Of a stretch of DNA of 64,000 bases, positions 8,002 through 15,411 are shown piece after piece. The notes under the pieces are model-generated. The model was given only the letters and a program-made list of their open reading frames with translations, searched no databases and had not been told where the DNA came from. A program made the position numbers and the translations under genes. Source of the DNA: a virus; the IMG/VR virus record IMGVR_UViG_3300021579_000001, positions 2,404 through 66,403 of that record; one strand, given 5' to 3'. Numbering within the stretch: the first letter of the stretch is position 1; each line of letters starts with the position of its first letter.

Positions 8002-8267
8002 GCAAGCATAAATCTTGGTGTCAAACTAACCAGTATCTTGATGGTTACTGCACCTGTAAAAAATCTAAAAGTTTTTGGTTTTGGCTAATCGCTCTTATCA
8101 AAGTGAGCAAAAAGTCACGTTGTTCTCATTTGAATCTTTGTGTAATCTACGGTGACAAGGTTATCTTTGCCACTCCAAATAACAATCGGCTTCAGTGCAT
8201 TGACTGTGGGAAATTTCTAGATGGGTCTGTGAAATCCGCAGAGTTGAGAAAAGGACAGAACAAATGA
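7998..8267 (+). CDS. Cys-rich hypothetical, probable fusion of two microgenes
   Basis: Internal ALIK|VSKK junction remnant; C-terminus RKGQNK. Confidence 0.65.
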   Translation: MSKHKSWCQTNQYLDGYCTCKKSKSFWFWLIALIKVSKKSRCSHLNLCVIYGDKVIFATPNNNRLQCIDCGKFLDGSVKSAELRKGQNK

Positions 8268-8518
8268 GCCTTCGAGTATCGCAGATGCCAGACGGCACTT
8301 ATTTTTTAGTTATGACTCAAGACCTTACAAAAGCTGAGGGAGTTAAGTTACTAACAGAAATAGCTATAGCTTCAAAAATTAATGAGGCAGTAATTGCAGA
8401 ACGTGAACGCATTATCAAACAGCTGGAACAAGCAAGTCTTGAGTTTGAGCAGTATGATTTCAATGCTGTTGGTATCACTAATGGGCTTATTGCTCTTATC
8501 AAAGGAGAGAACAAGTGA
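8264..8518 (+). CDS. Hypothetical protein with ERIIKQL module, C-terminus LIKGENK
   Basis: ATGA overlap. Confidence 0.7.
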   Translation: MSLRVSQMPDGTYFLVMTQDLTKAEGVKLLTEIAIASKINEAVIAERERIIKQLEQASLEFEQYDFNAVGITNGLIALIKGENK

Positions 8519-8691
8519 ACGAAGAAGAGCGTAACGCATTACTAGACATTACCCGCAGAGTTGAGCGTAACGAAATCATTGAACTTCTTTATGTTTACTG
8601 TGAGGCTAACCATTCTGCAAAGGTATGCCCACCGTGTGAAGCTCAAATCAGTTTTATTTCAGACAAACGCCGTGAAGCAAATGGATATTAG
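8515..8691 (+). CDS. 58-aa hypothetical (not in ORF track)
   Basis: GTG start in junction motif; MNEEERNALLDITRRVERNEIIELL...CEANH...CPPC. Confidence 0.6.
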   Translation: MNEEERNALLDITRRVERNEIIELLYVYCEANHSAKVCPPCEAQISFISDKRREANGY

Positions 8692-8701
8692 GAGAGAACA
8701 A

Positions 8702-8953
8702 GTGAGCGATAAAACACCATCTACTAAAGTAATCCGCAAGTTCTGGAGTTCGCAAGGGATTGTGCGAGCTTCTAAACGGAGTAAGCGTGAACAAGAGTTT
8801 GACCGTTGGCTAAAACGAGTCAAGGCTGATGCTTGGGATGCAGGGTTTGATGCTGGCGAAAAAGATGTTTGGATGCACGAAGAGAAACAAGACTGGGGTA
8901 GTGCAGACACAAAATGTATTCCTAACCCATACCGAAAAGGAGAGAACAAATGA
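8702..8953 (+). CDS. Hypothetical protein, C-terminus RKGENK
   Basis: Start moved to GTG 8702 behind AGGAGAGAACAA. Confidence 0.65.
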   Translation: MSDKTPSTKVIRKFWSSQGIVRASKRSKREQEFDRWLKRVKADAWDAGFDAGEKDVWMHEEKQDWGSADTKCIPNPYRKGENK

Positions 8954-9150
8954 ACCTTGACCGCTACGTACACACCGCTTCTTTTATGGATTACGCTCCA
9001 GACGGGGAGTATGTGCTAGTTGCTGATGTAATCAAACTGCTAGAAAACGAACATTGGCTATGTTCAGATGAGCGTGGCTGTTACACAAGTGATGAATACG
9101 GCTGCGATTGTAAAAGAGTTAGACAACTTATCAAAGGAGAAAGCAAATGA
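8950..9150 (+). CDS. Hypothetical protein, C-terminus LIKGESK
   Basis: ATGA overlap; HxxC...C...CDC. Confidence 0.7.
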   Translation: MNLDRYVHTASFMDYAPDGEYVLVADVIKLLENEHWLCSDERGCYTSDEYGCDCKRVRQLIKGESK

Positions 9151-9506
9151 AAACAAGAGAACAAGCATTTGAAGTTGCAGGACAAGCACTTGATTTAGCG
9201 CAAGACCTTGGATACGAAATGCACTTGGTCAATCCCGAACATTTGAAGCGACGCTATCGTTGGTTTGCAAATAAAACACTGCTTCAAGAAGTGATTAGTC
9301 GCCAACGTCGTATAGAAAAAATGTGCAAACAGGCGTATGAGCTTTACAACGAAATTTCAGCTTGGGCAGATGAACACCCTGACGAATACGCCCCACAAGC
9401 ACCCTGCCCTGAGTGTGACGAAGTTTGCTCACTCGAAGAGCTTGCCCAATGGGGCATGTGCCACGACTGTGATAACCAACTAGAGTATGACAAGGAGAGT
9501 AACTAA
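9147..9506 (+). CDS. Hypothetical protein with C-terminal Zn finger
   Basis: CPEC...CHDC. Confidence 0.75.
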   Translation: MKTREQAFEVAGQALDLAQDLGYEMHLVNPEHLKRRYRWFANKTLLQEVISRQRRIEKMCKQAYELYNEISAWADEHPDEYAPQAPCPECDEVCSLEELAQWGMCHDCDNQLEYDKESN

Positions 9507-9730
9507 TGGGAGAAGTAACTGTAACAATCAGCGTTACCTATGCATTTGCAGGAAAGTTTTTGCAAGACTACCTAGAGCAGCTAGACGACTACGAAGACAC
9601 CCCAGCACAACGTGAGTGGTTTGCTATAGACCAACTCATTGGGGAAGAAGCCCTGGCTAAGCTAGACCCTAAACACACACTCACTATAGTGTTCCCCAAC
9701 CTGCCCAACACAAACACACAGAAAGACTAG
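9506..9730 (+). CDS. Hypothetical protein
   Basis: AAGGAG RBS, TAATG. Confidence 0.7.
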   Translation: MGEVTVTISVTYAFAGKFLQDYLEQLDDYEDTPAQREWFAIDQLIGEEALAKLDPKHTLTIVFPNLPNTNTQKD

Positions 9731-9732
9731 AC

Positions 9733-9936
9733 ATGGAAATCTCATGGCGTAACTCTTCCACAACTAAATACTGTTTTTATTGCCAAAGCTTCCTAAATAC
9801 TCCACGCAACCCTCTTAAGGAAACAGAGAAAGGCAACTATGTTCACAAAAATTGCATTAAAGACTTTATGCGACTAGACTCGTATACCCCAGCCACTTTC
9901 AGCATCAAGCTCAAAACTAAAAGGAAGGCAAGTTAA
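9733..9936 (+). CDS. Hypothetical protein, CxxC...HxxC
   Basis: CFYC...HKNC. Confidence 0.65.
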   Translation: MEISWRNSSTTKYCFYCQSFLNTPRNPLKETEKGNYVHKNCIKDFMRLDSYTPATFSIKLKTKRKAS

Positions 9937-10211
9937 TGTCAGAGTACTCAACCGTTCTAGGGGGAACTCTTAGAAAAATACGTAAACTTCAACAGAGAAC
10001 ACTACGGAGCGTGGCCGCAGAAAGCCATGTTGCGTTAGGGTATCTAAGCGAGGTAGAAGTTGGCAGTAAAGAGCCGTCAGCAGCTACCTTGTATGCAGTT
10101 TGCTCAGGGCTAAACATTGAGCTATGGTGGTTACTACAGCAAGTAAGCATCGAACTACACAACACAACAAAAGGAGAACCACATGTTACACGACAACTCA
10201 TTTCCAAATGA
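9936..10211 (+). CDS. XRE-family HTH regulator, ClgR-like
   Basis: LR-x-IR...RTLRSVA...VALGYLSEVE-x-G-x-KEPS...L-x-AVC-x-GL resembles actinobacterial ClgR. Confidence 0.85.
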   Translation: MSEYSTVLGGTLRKIRKLQQRTLRSVAAESHVALGYLSEVEVGSKEPSAATLYAVCSGLNIELWWLLQQVSIELHNTTKGEPHVTRQLISK

Positions 10212-10557
10212 GCTATCTGATGCAGGTAAGCTGCTTTGGGTGGGGGCGTTAGCTTCAGAAGTAATCAAGTATGGTGAAGCAGAAGCCATGCTTATAGACG
10301 CTATCAACCTTTCAGATTCTCAATCCGATGCGATTGTAAAAGCTAACGCTATGCTTTGCTCTTACGCACTCACCTTGACCCACATTCAAGAAACAAAAAA
10401 CGTAGCGTTAGCAAACGTAGTCATTGAGATGTGGAACTCTAACATGATGCAAGAGGTCATAGCGTATGCGTTTGAAGAAGAAATAACAGATGCCAAAGAA
10501 AAAATGGCTGAGTCAATCAACGCAATCGAAGCACTAATCAACCAACAGACAAGTTAG
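10183..10557 (+). CDS. Hypothetical helical protein
   Basis: AAAGGAG RBS. Confidence 0.75.
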   Translation: MLHDNSFPNELSDAGKLLWVGALASEVIKYGEAEAMLIDAINLSDSQSDAIVKANAMLCSYALTLTHIQETKNVALANVVIEMWNSNMMQEVIAYAFEEEITDAKEKMAESINAIEALINQQTS

Positions 10558-10565
10558 GAGCCAGC

Positions 10566-10790
10566 ATGTCTGGTAGAAAAGACGTAGAAGTCTTAGTACA
10601 AAAGGCTAGGGAACAAGGATGGACTGTGACTAAAACAAAGGGCAGCCATTACAAATGGGTCAGTCCTTTGGGGGGTCTGTTCTTTTCCACATCAACTCCC
10701 TCAGACTTCAGGGCCATCGACAACCTAAAACGTGACATGAAACGTTACGGGTTTATTGAAATCACAAAGAAAGGTAGGCGCTCACGATGA
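10566..10790 (+). CDS. HicA-like (dsRBD-fold) toxin/mRNase-like protein
   Basis: QGW-x-V-x-KTKGSHYKW-x-SP-x-G...STPSD-x-RA-x-x-NL-x-RD. Confidence 0.75.
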   Translation: MSGRKDVEVLVQKAREQGWTVTKTKGSHYKWVSPLGGLFFSTSTPSDFRAIDNLKRDMKRYGFIEITKKGRRSR

Positions 10791-11068
10791 GTACCTTCAA
10801 ACAAATGCACAATGCTATGGACGTAAGTCAAGCTGCCTGTAAAGACAGTGACCCTGAGTTGTTCTTCCCTGAGAAGATGACCCAACAAGCTGCTGCCGAT
10901 GCTAAGGCAGTGTGCGCTGAGTGCCCTATCATTGCTGACTGCTTGACTTGGGCAGTAACAGCTAAGGAGCTTGGCATCTGGGGTGGCACTACGGAGAATG
11001 ACCGTAAGCGCCTACATTCTAGCCAGGCATTAGCCTCCTACGTGCTGCAGCTTCGCGCTAAAAACTAG
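10787..11068 (+). CDS. whiB: WhiB-family Fe-S transcription factor
   Basis: AAC...DPELFFP...AKAVC-x-x-CP-x4-CL...GIWGG-x-T-x-x-DR. Confidence 0.93.
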   Translation: MSTFKQMHNAMDVSQAACKDSDPELFFPEKMTQQAAADAKAVCAECPIIADCLTWAVTAKELGIWGGTTENDRKRLHSSQALASYVLQLRAKN

Positions 11069-11073
11069 GTAAA

Positions 11074-11112
11074 AACAAACCCCCTGCCAGATTTACTGAC
11101 AGGGGGTTTGTT
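11074..11112 (-). terminator. Intrinsic (probably bidirectional) terminator between convergent early and middle blocks
   Basis: AACAAACCCCCTG..CAGGGGGTTTGTT 17-bp stem (one G-U on minus strand) followed by U-tract on minus. Confidence 0.85.
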
Positions 11113-11123
11113 CTATTCAAATG

Positions 11124-13169
11124 TTATTTGTTGTTTTCGCTAATCAACTTGATTTCACAAGCGTCTGTGGTGCAGTAAGCTTCGCCTACAGCATCCAGCG
11201 ACATTCCCTGGTAAACTCCTTCGAAGTCAATCGGGAACAACTGGTTGCCATACTCAGTGTACTCTTCCTCAGTAATCTGAGTGTAAGGCATCTGAGGGTA
11301 AACGTGGTTTCCCATTGGCAAGAAGCTGACAGTCTTCAACTGGCCATCGTACATGTGCAAAACCGTACCAACAGCTTCTGATTCTTTCTCTGCGTCAAAC
11401 GTAACCGTTACAGACACAGAGTTGTCTGACCAGTAACGCTGTGCAGTTGCAGCAAGCGACATCTTCTCGTAGATAGATACTTCTTTCTCCGAACGGCTAG
11501 CGCCACTCTTAATCGGGAAGAATACTACAGACGTTGTGTCTGGAGATTCTGACGCTGGCTCGATACGATAGTTAGCCATCTTAAACAGTTCAAGCATAGG
11601 TTCGTTGTTCGCAAAACGAATAGCCCTTAGGAAGTACTTGCCACCAGCAGTCCAGTGTACGCCAGGGCTTTCACCAGCAAGGATACTTACAGTACCTGAA
11701 GGCTTCACAGTAGTCATCTTGATAGACTCACGCACACCAAGCCACTCAGAGTAAGTAACGTCGTACGTCTTTACCGTAGCGTACCCTTCATTCATCCACT
11801 CACGTAGCACTGGTAGCCCTTGGTTATCTGCAAAGTTAGCGACACCTGAAACAGATGTTCCAATACGACGGTTACGCTGCATGATTGCGTTGGTCTCTTC
11901 CCAGTGAGTAGGAAGCAAGGTAACAGTCTTAGCGTAGAGATACGCAAACTTGAGAGTGCGCTTGAAGTCTTCCAAAGACTCGTGACGGTTCAAGTAAGTT
12001 TCTACAAGAGTGCACATCTCAAAGCTTTCTAGGCTTTGTTCTGCACAAGGGTTGTACCCTACAACACGCCAATCCTTATTATTAGGGGCGTCAATCAAGC
12101 GACCATACTGGCGCGAAACATCCATCCAAATAACACCTGGCTCACCGTTGCGGACGATGCCATCAACGATAGGTGAGAAGTCCGTTCCAACACAAACTTC
12201 CACCGAGTTGTTTGACATCCATGCCCAACCTGGGGCTTCAGGGTCATAGCTATTACGCTCAGGAAACCTTTCAGCATTTTTCAAGTTCAAGAAATCTTGG
12301 TCGTCAATACGGCCAATCAAAAGCTCCGCTGAACGACGCACGTTGCCTGATACAACACAAACACCAATGAGGTTGCCAATGTCAGCAATGTCTTTGCGAG
12401 TAAGCTTGTCTCCCTTACGTTTGCGGAACACGTTGCGGATTGCACCATGCAGTTTGAACAATGGGTCTGGACCAGAGGCTGTACCACCAAAGGTGGCAAT
12501 AGGAGAACCGTATGGACGAATCTGGTCGTAGTTAAACTCCCAAATAGGTTGTTCAGGTTTTAGGTAGCTGTTAATCAACGCAACTGTTGACTCCATCCAA
12601 CCTTCACGAGTGTCAGGGATTACATACTCTTGGAATCCTTTAGGCTCATAAATCTCAAAACCTTTATCTGCGCCCTTGTCATCAAAACCTACGCCTACAC
12701 CCAACATCGATGCTTCCATTAGGAATGCAAACGGCTTACCTGGGTTCTGCTGGGTCATTGCCTTAGTTGAAACAAACGCACAGTTCTGTAGTGCTGCTGA
12801 GTTTTTCTGAATGTTCACAATTGGGGTACCCATTACCCATAGACCGCGACCTGGTGGAGTCCACTTTAGATTGAACAAACGGTCAAATGCTTCTTTGGCA
12901 CTTGCTGCTGCCTTTGCGTCACTCCATGGCAAACGGTTCTGTTTTGCATGGTCCTTCTGTAGTGAATACATACCGTTGATTACACGTTCGCATACTTCTG
13001 CCCAAGTTTCCTTGGTGCCGTTATCTTTCTTACGACTGTATGTACGGAGGAATGTAATCTCGCCAACCGAGTTTCCTGCTACGTCTGCATAACCGAACGG
13101 TGGCTTCTTATCCCTGTATCCTGCGACAAACTCTGCCGCTAGTTGAAACGAAAACATCGTCATAACCAC
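11124..13169 (-). CDS. nrdJ: Class II (adenosylcobalamin-dependent) ribonucleotide reductase
   Basis: PPGRGLW, NC, GNVRRSA, NPCAEQ-x-L...CTL-x-E, RRIG, TVKPSGTVS, C-terminal CxxxxC. Confidence 0.95.
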   Translation of the reverse strand: MVMTMFSFQLAAEFVAGYRDKKPPFGYADVAGNSVGEITFLRTYSRKKDNGTKETWAEVCERVINGMYSLQKDHAKQNRLPWSDAKAAASAKEAFDRLFNLKWTPPGRGLWVMGTPIVNIQKNSAALQNCAFVSTKAMTQQNPGKPFAFLMEASMLGVGVGFDDKGADKGFEIYEPKGFQEYVIPDTREGWMESTVALINSYLKPEQPIWEFNYDQIRPYGSPIATFGGTASGPDPLFKLHGAIRNVFRKRKGDKLTRKDIADIGNLIGVCVVSGNVRRSAELLIGRIDDQDFLNLKNAERFPERNSYDPEAPGWAWMSNNSVEVCVGTDFSPIVDGIVRNGEPGVIWMDVSRQYGRLIDAPNNKDWRVVGYNPCAEQSLESFEMCTLVETYLNRHESLEDFKRTLKFAYLYAKTVTLLPTHWEETNAIMQRNRRIGTSVSGVANFADNQGLPVLREWMNEGYATVKTYDVTYSEWLGVRESIKMTTVKPSGTVSILAGESPGVHWTAGGKYFLRAIRFANNEPMLELFKMANYRIEPASESPDTTSVVFFPIKSGASRSEKEVSIYEKMSLAATAQRYWSDNSVSVTVTFDAEKESEAVGTVLHMYDGQLKTVSFLPMGNHVYPQMPYTQITEEEYTEYGNQLFPIDFEGVYQGMSLDAVGEAYCTTDACEIKLISENNK

Positions 13170-13226
13170 CTATTTCTCTTTTTTGTTAAATACCCTTATT
13201 GGTATACCTCTATTGTCGGTGTTTTT

Positions 13227-13256
13227 AGCCTACTACACACCTACTAATATGGTCAA
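13227..13256 (-). promoter_or_regulatory. SigA/HrdB-like promoter for nrdJ
   Basis: TTGACC-N18-TAGGCT on minus strand. Confidence 0.5.
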
Positions 13257-13281
13257 CTGCCAATATACTTGCCTAAATGTT

Positions 13282-13315
13282 AGTGCCCACCATGTTTCAA
13301 GGCATGATGGGCACT
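13282..13315 (-). terminator. Stem-loop after TGT-like gene
   Basis: AGTGCCCATCATG-8nt-CATGGTGGGCACT on minus strand (one G-U). Confidence 0.55.
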
Positions 13316-13336
13316 GTTATCAGATACTAACTAACG

Positions 13337-14830
13337 CTATCTTTCCAACTTATCTTGGATAATGCTGGTGGTAGCATCGGCATCTATGACCCTTTTATTC
13401 TCTTTTGCGGCATCTACTCGGTCACCAAAAATGGCTGCCAAAACTCCCTGGCTAGCGTCCCGCTGTGCCGTGATTTGAATGAACTCTTTTTGCTCATCCA
13501 ACTCCTTCAAACTTTTCAACATCTTCAAGTAACGGTCCATCTCTTGAGACACGTTTGGGTCTGCGTATCCACCATTCAATTCTTCTGAAAACCGCATGAA
13601 TGCTACTCTCTGGGCCTGCATCTCTAGCAACGCAATGTTCATTGCCTTCAACTGGTCAGGCGTTTTTACCTCTATCGGCAGGCTAAACGCACAGGTAGTA
13701 TCTGCCTTAAATGCTGGACAGTTTGCTGCTACAAAACACGTGTTACATTGTCTCAAACTTGCCTGTTGGCTGTTTACGACAGGCACATCTTTCAACACAT
13801 CTCTGCCGTTTTCGTGCTCTACTACCTGCTTCATCTCGTACCCAAAAACAGGCATTGATGTCATCTCTAATGGGTCTCTTTGGGCCACTTCTACGCGTTC
13901 AACTTTCCGCATTGCTGACCCACTGTTATTAGAACCATCTACCCCTAAATCCATCAAACCCGTATATAGGGTATCATCACTGTTATCAGCTACTAGTGGC
14001 TTCCATGGGTGGTTATTTTCGATTGGTGCTTTGTCATTCATTGTTTTCTCTAACTGTAAATACGACCATACAGCAACTTTTGTTGCCTCTAAGGTGTCAT
14101 CATCAATAAACTTCTGGAAATCTAACCCTGATTTTTCTACGATGTTTTTGTATCGAATACGGGCTTGTGCCTTCATTTTTTTGGGGTATCGAACGAGTTT
14201 TGACCCATCCCAGATAATCGTTTCGCCTCGACGCATTGGGGATATCCAGCTCAACGTCGAGGCTGTAGTAAAAGGTATCTGACGTAGGTTATCTGGTTTG
14301 GCTACCGCTAGTCCGTGCAACACCGTCTTGTGGATGCGCACCATGTTACGGGCAATGCCTGCCAATGACTTTACTGACTCAATCGCATCGCCTGGAATAG
14401 CGATGTTCTGGTGCAAAAACCCCCACTGCTGGAGTACTGGAATGCCGTACGACTCATGCCATACCACAATCATTTTCTGGTCATTCTGGAACGGTTCTCG
14501 TTCTTTTACTACCCATTCTTTGCCCAAAACTTGGCTGTCAAACTCTACCCAGCCCTCGATACGTTCGTAGTTTAGAGCTACAAACTCTTGGTAATCTGCC
14601 GCAAACTCTTCCAGTTCTTCTCGGCTTAGGTTCGCTGCGTCTGCCTGTACCGCACCAGAATCCAACCACACCTTCATGTCAGGCAAAAAATGCTCACTAA
14701 TCAAATACGGTTTGTTCTTTGGCATACCCCGCTTACGCAATCCCCAATAGTTGAGCATTACGTTACTTGCCCCTGATTTTTCTAGCAGTATTCGGTTACT
14801 AGGAATCTCGGTGCCACTAAATACAATCAT
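13337..14830 (-). CDS. TGT/DpdA-like TIM-barrel protein with altered catalytic motif, fused to C-terminal Cys4 and helical domain
   Basis: WLDSGA, EFD, VVWH, HGL, P-F-x-x-x-[S]-x-x-SW-x4-RG pattern of phage DpdA-like proteins; CNTC-x5-CP-x7-C. Confidence 0.7.
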   Translation of the reverse strand: MIVFSGTEIPSNRILLEKSGASNVMLNYWGLRKRGMPKNKPYLISEHFLPDMKVWLDSGAVQADAANLSREELEEFAADYQEFVALNYERIEGWVEFDSQVLGKEWVVKEREPFQNDQKMIVVWHESYGIPVLQQWGFLHQNIAIPGDAIESVKSLAGIARNMVRIHKTVLHGLAVAKPDNLRQIPFTTASTLSWISPMRRGETIIWDGSKLVRYPKKMKAQARIRYKNIVEKSGLDFQKFIDDDTLEATKVAVWSYLQLEKTMNDKAPIENNHPWKPLVADNSDDTLYTGLMDLGVDGSNNSGSAMRKVERVEVAQRDPLEMTSMPVFGYEMKQVVEHENGRDVLKDVPVVNSQQASLRQCNTCFVAANCPAFKADTTCAFSLPIEVKTPDQLKAMNIALLEMQAQRVAFMRFSEELNGGYADPNVSQEMDRYLKMLKSLKELDEQKEFIQITAQRDASQGVLAAIFGDRVDAAKENKRVIDADATTSIIQDKLER

Positions 14831-15312
14831 TCGAAATTCAACGATTCTGTTCTAGTCAAACGAGCATCCTCTGTTCGCAGGATGTTCTGCTTGTGAATGG
14901 CCTGCTCGATGTCATCCCATGACCGCACACGCTTTGGCGCATCTGGGCGGAACTCTGGACGAGTGTAGTTGGGTACGCCAAACATCACTGATGGGATGCC
15001 CATGTCAAACGCAAACGCCCACATTTTAGGGTTATTAGTAATGAACAAATCCACTGGCCCACGTGCTCTAGCTACCTTAATCTGGCGCTCGGTTAGATTT
15101 TCCCCCTCCAAATGATACGAGGAATCGATGACTCTATCAAAATCAACAATCTTGTTCATGTTCAACCATTGGTTAGTTTCTGCCTCCGTCATGGGAGAAA
15201 TAAACGTCAATCGGTTATACACACTTAGGGTTCCCACCATCAAAATACCTGTGGGAATGGGCTCATCTGACGGCCCTTTTAGCACGCCTTGGATGTCAAT
15301 TAACAACTGCAT
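14827..15312 (-). CDS. HAD-superfamily-like protein with degenerate motifs
   Basis: LLIDIQGVL (motif I DxD to DxQ), LFITNN (motif IV). Confidence 0.55.
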   Translation of the reverse strand: MQLLIDIQGVLKGPSDEPIPTGILMVGTLSVYNRLTFISPMTEAETNQWLNMNKIVDFDRVIDSSYHLEGENLTERQIKVARARGPVDLFITNNPKMWAFAFDMGIPSVMFGVPNYTRPEFRPDAPKRVRSWDDIEQAIHKQNILRTEDARLTRTESLNFE

Positions 15313-15315
15313 TTA

Positions 15316-15411
15316 CTAATCCTCGTAACAATCACAACGACACTTGTCGTCTATACAAATATTTTGGTACAACTCATGCCCACATAAACGGCACGTGTCT
15401 AGTAACGACAT
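15316..15411 (-). CDS. 31-aa Cys-rich micropeptide (not in ORF track)
   Basis: MSLLDTCRLCGHELYQNICIDDKCRCDCYED; TAATG overlap with NTase stop. Confidence 0.6.
   Translation of the reverse strand: MSLLDTCRLCGHELYQNICIDDKCRCDCYED

Larger units (their letters stand above)
7701..9150 (+). repeat. Seven copies of gene-junction motif (CTTATC)AAAGGAGAGAACAA-RTGA
   Basis: Copies at 7701, 7978, 8249, 8495, 8690, 8935, 9127; collapsed copy at 8094. Confidence 0.85.

Noticed and set aside
7701-9150. Junction repeats as a CRISPR array or integron attC sites
   Set aside because: Spacing is irregular (190-280 bp) and filled by coding ORFs; the repeats are not palindromic and no integron integrase is present
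13170-13336. Cobalamin riboswitch or NrdR boxes upstream of the B12-dependent nrdJ
   Set aside because: No B12-box or conserved core visible; the best NrdR-like word (CAATATACTT) mismatches the consensus and is unpaired. An Infernal scan would settle it
13596-14282. 228-aa plus-strand ORF and similar antisense ORFs across 11121-60700
   Set aside because: Fully antisense to well-supported minus-strand genes, with no motifs or RBS
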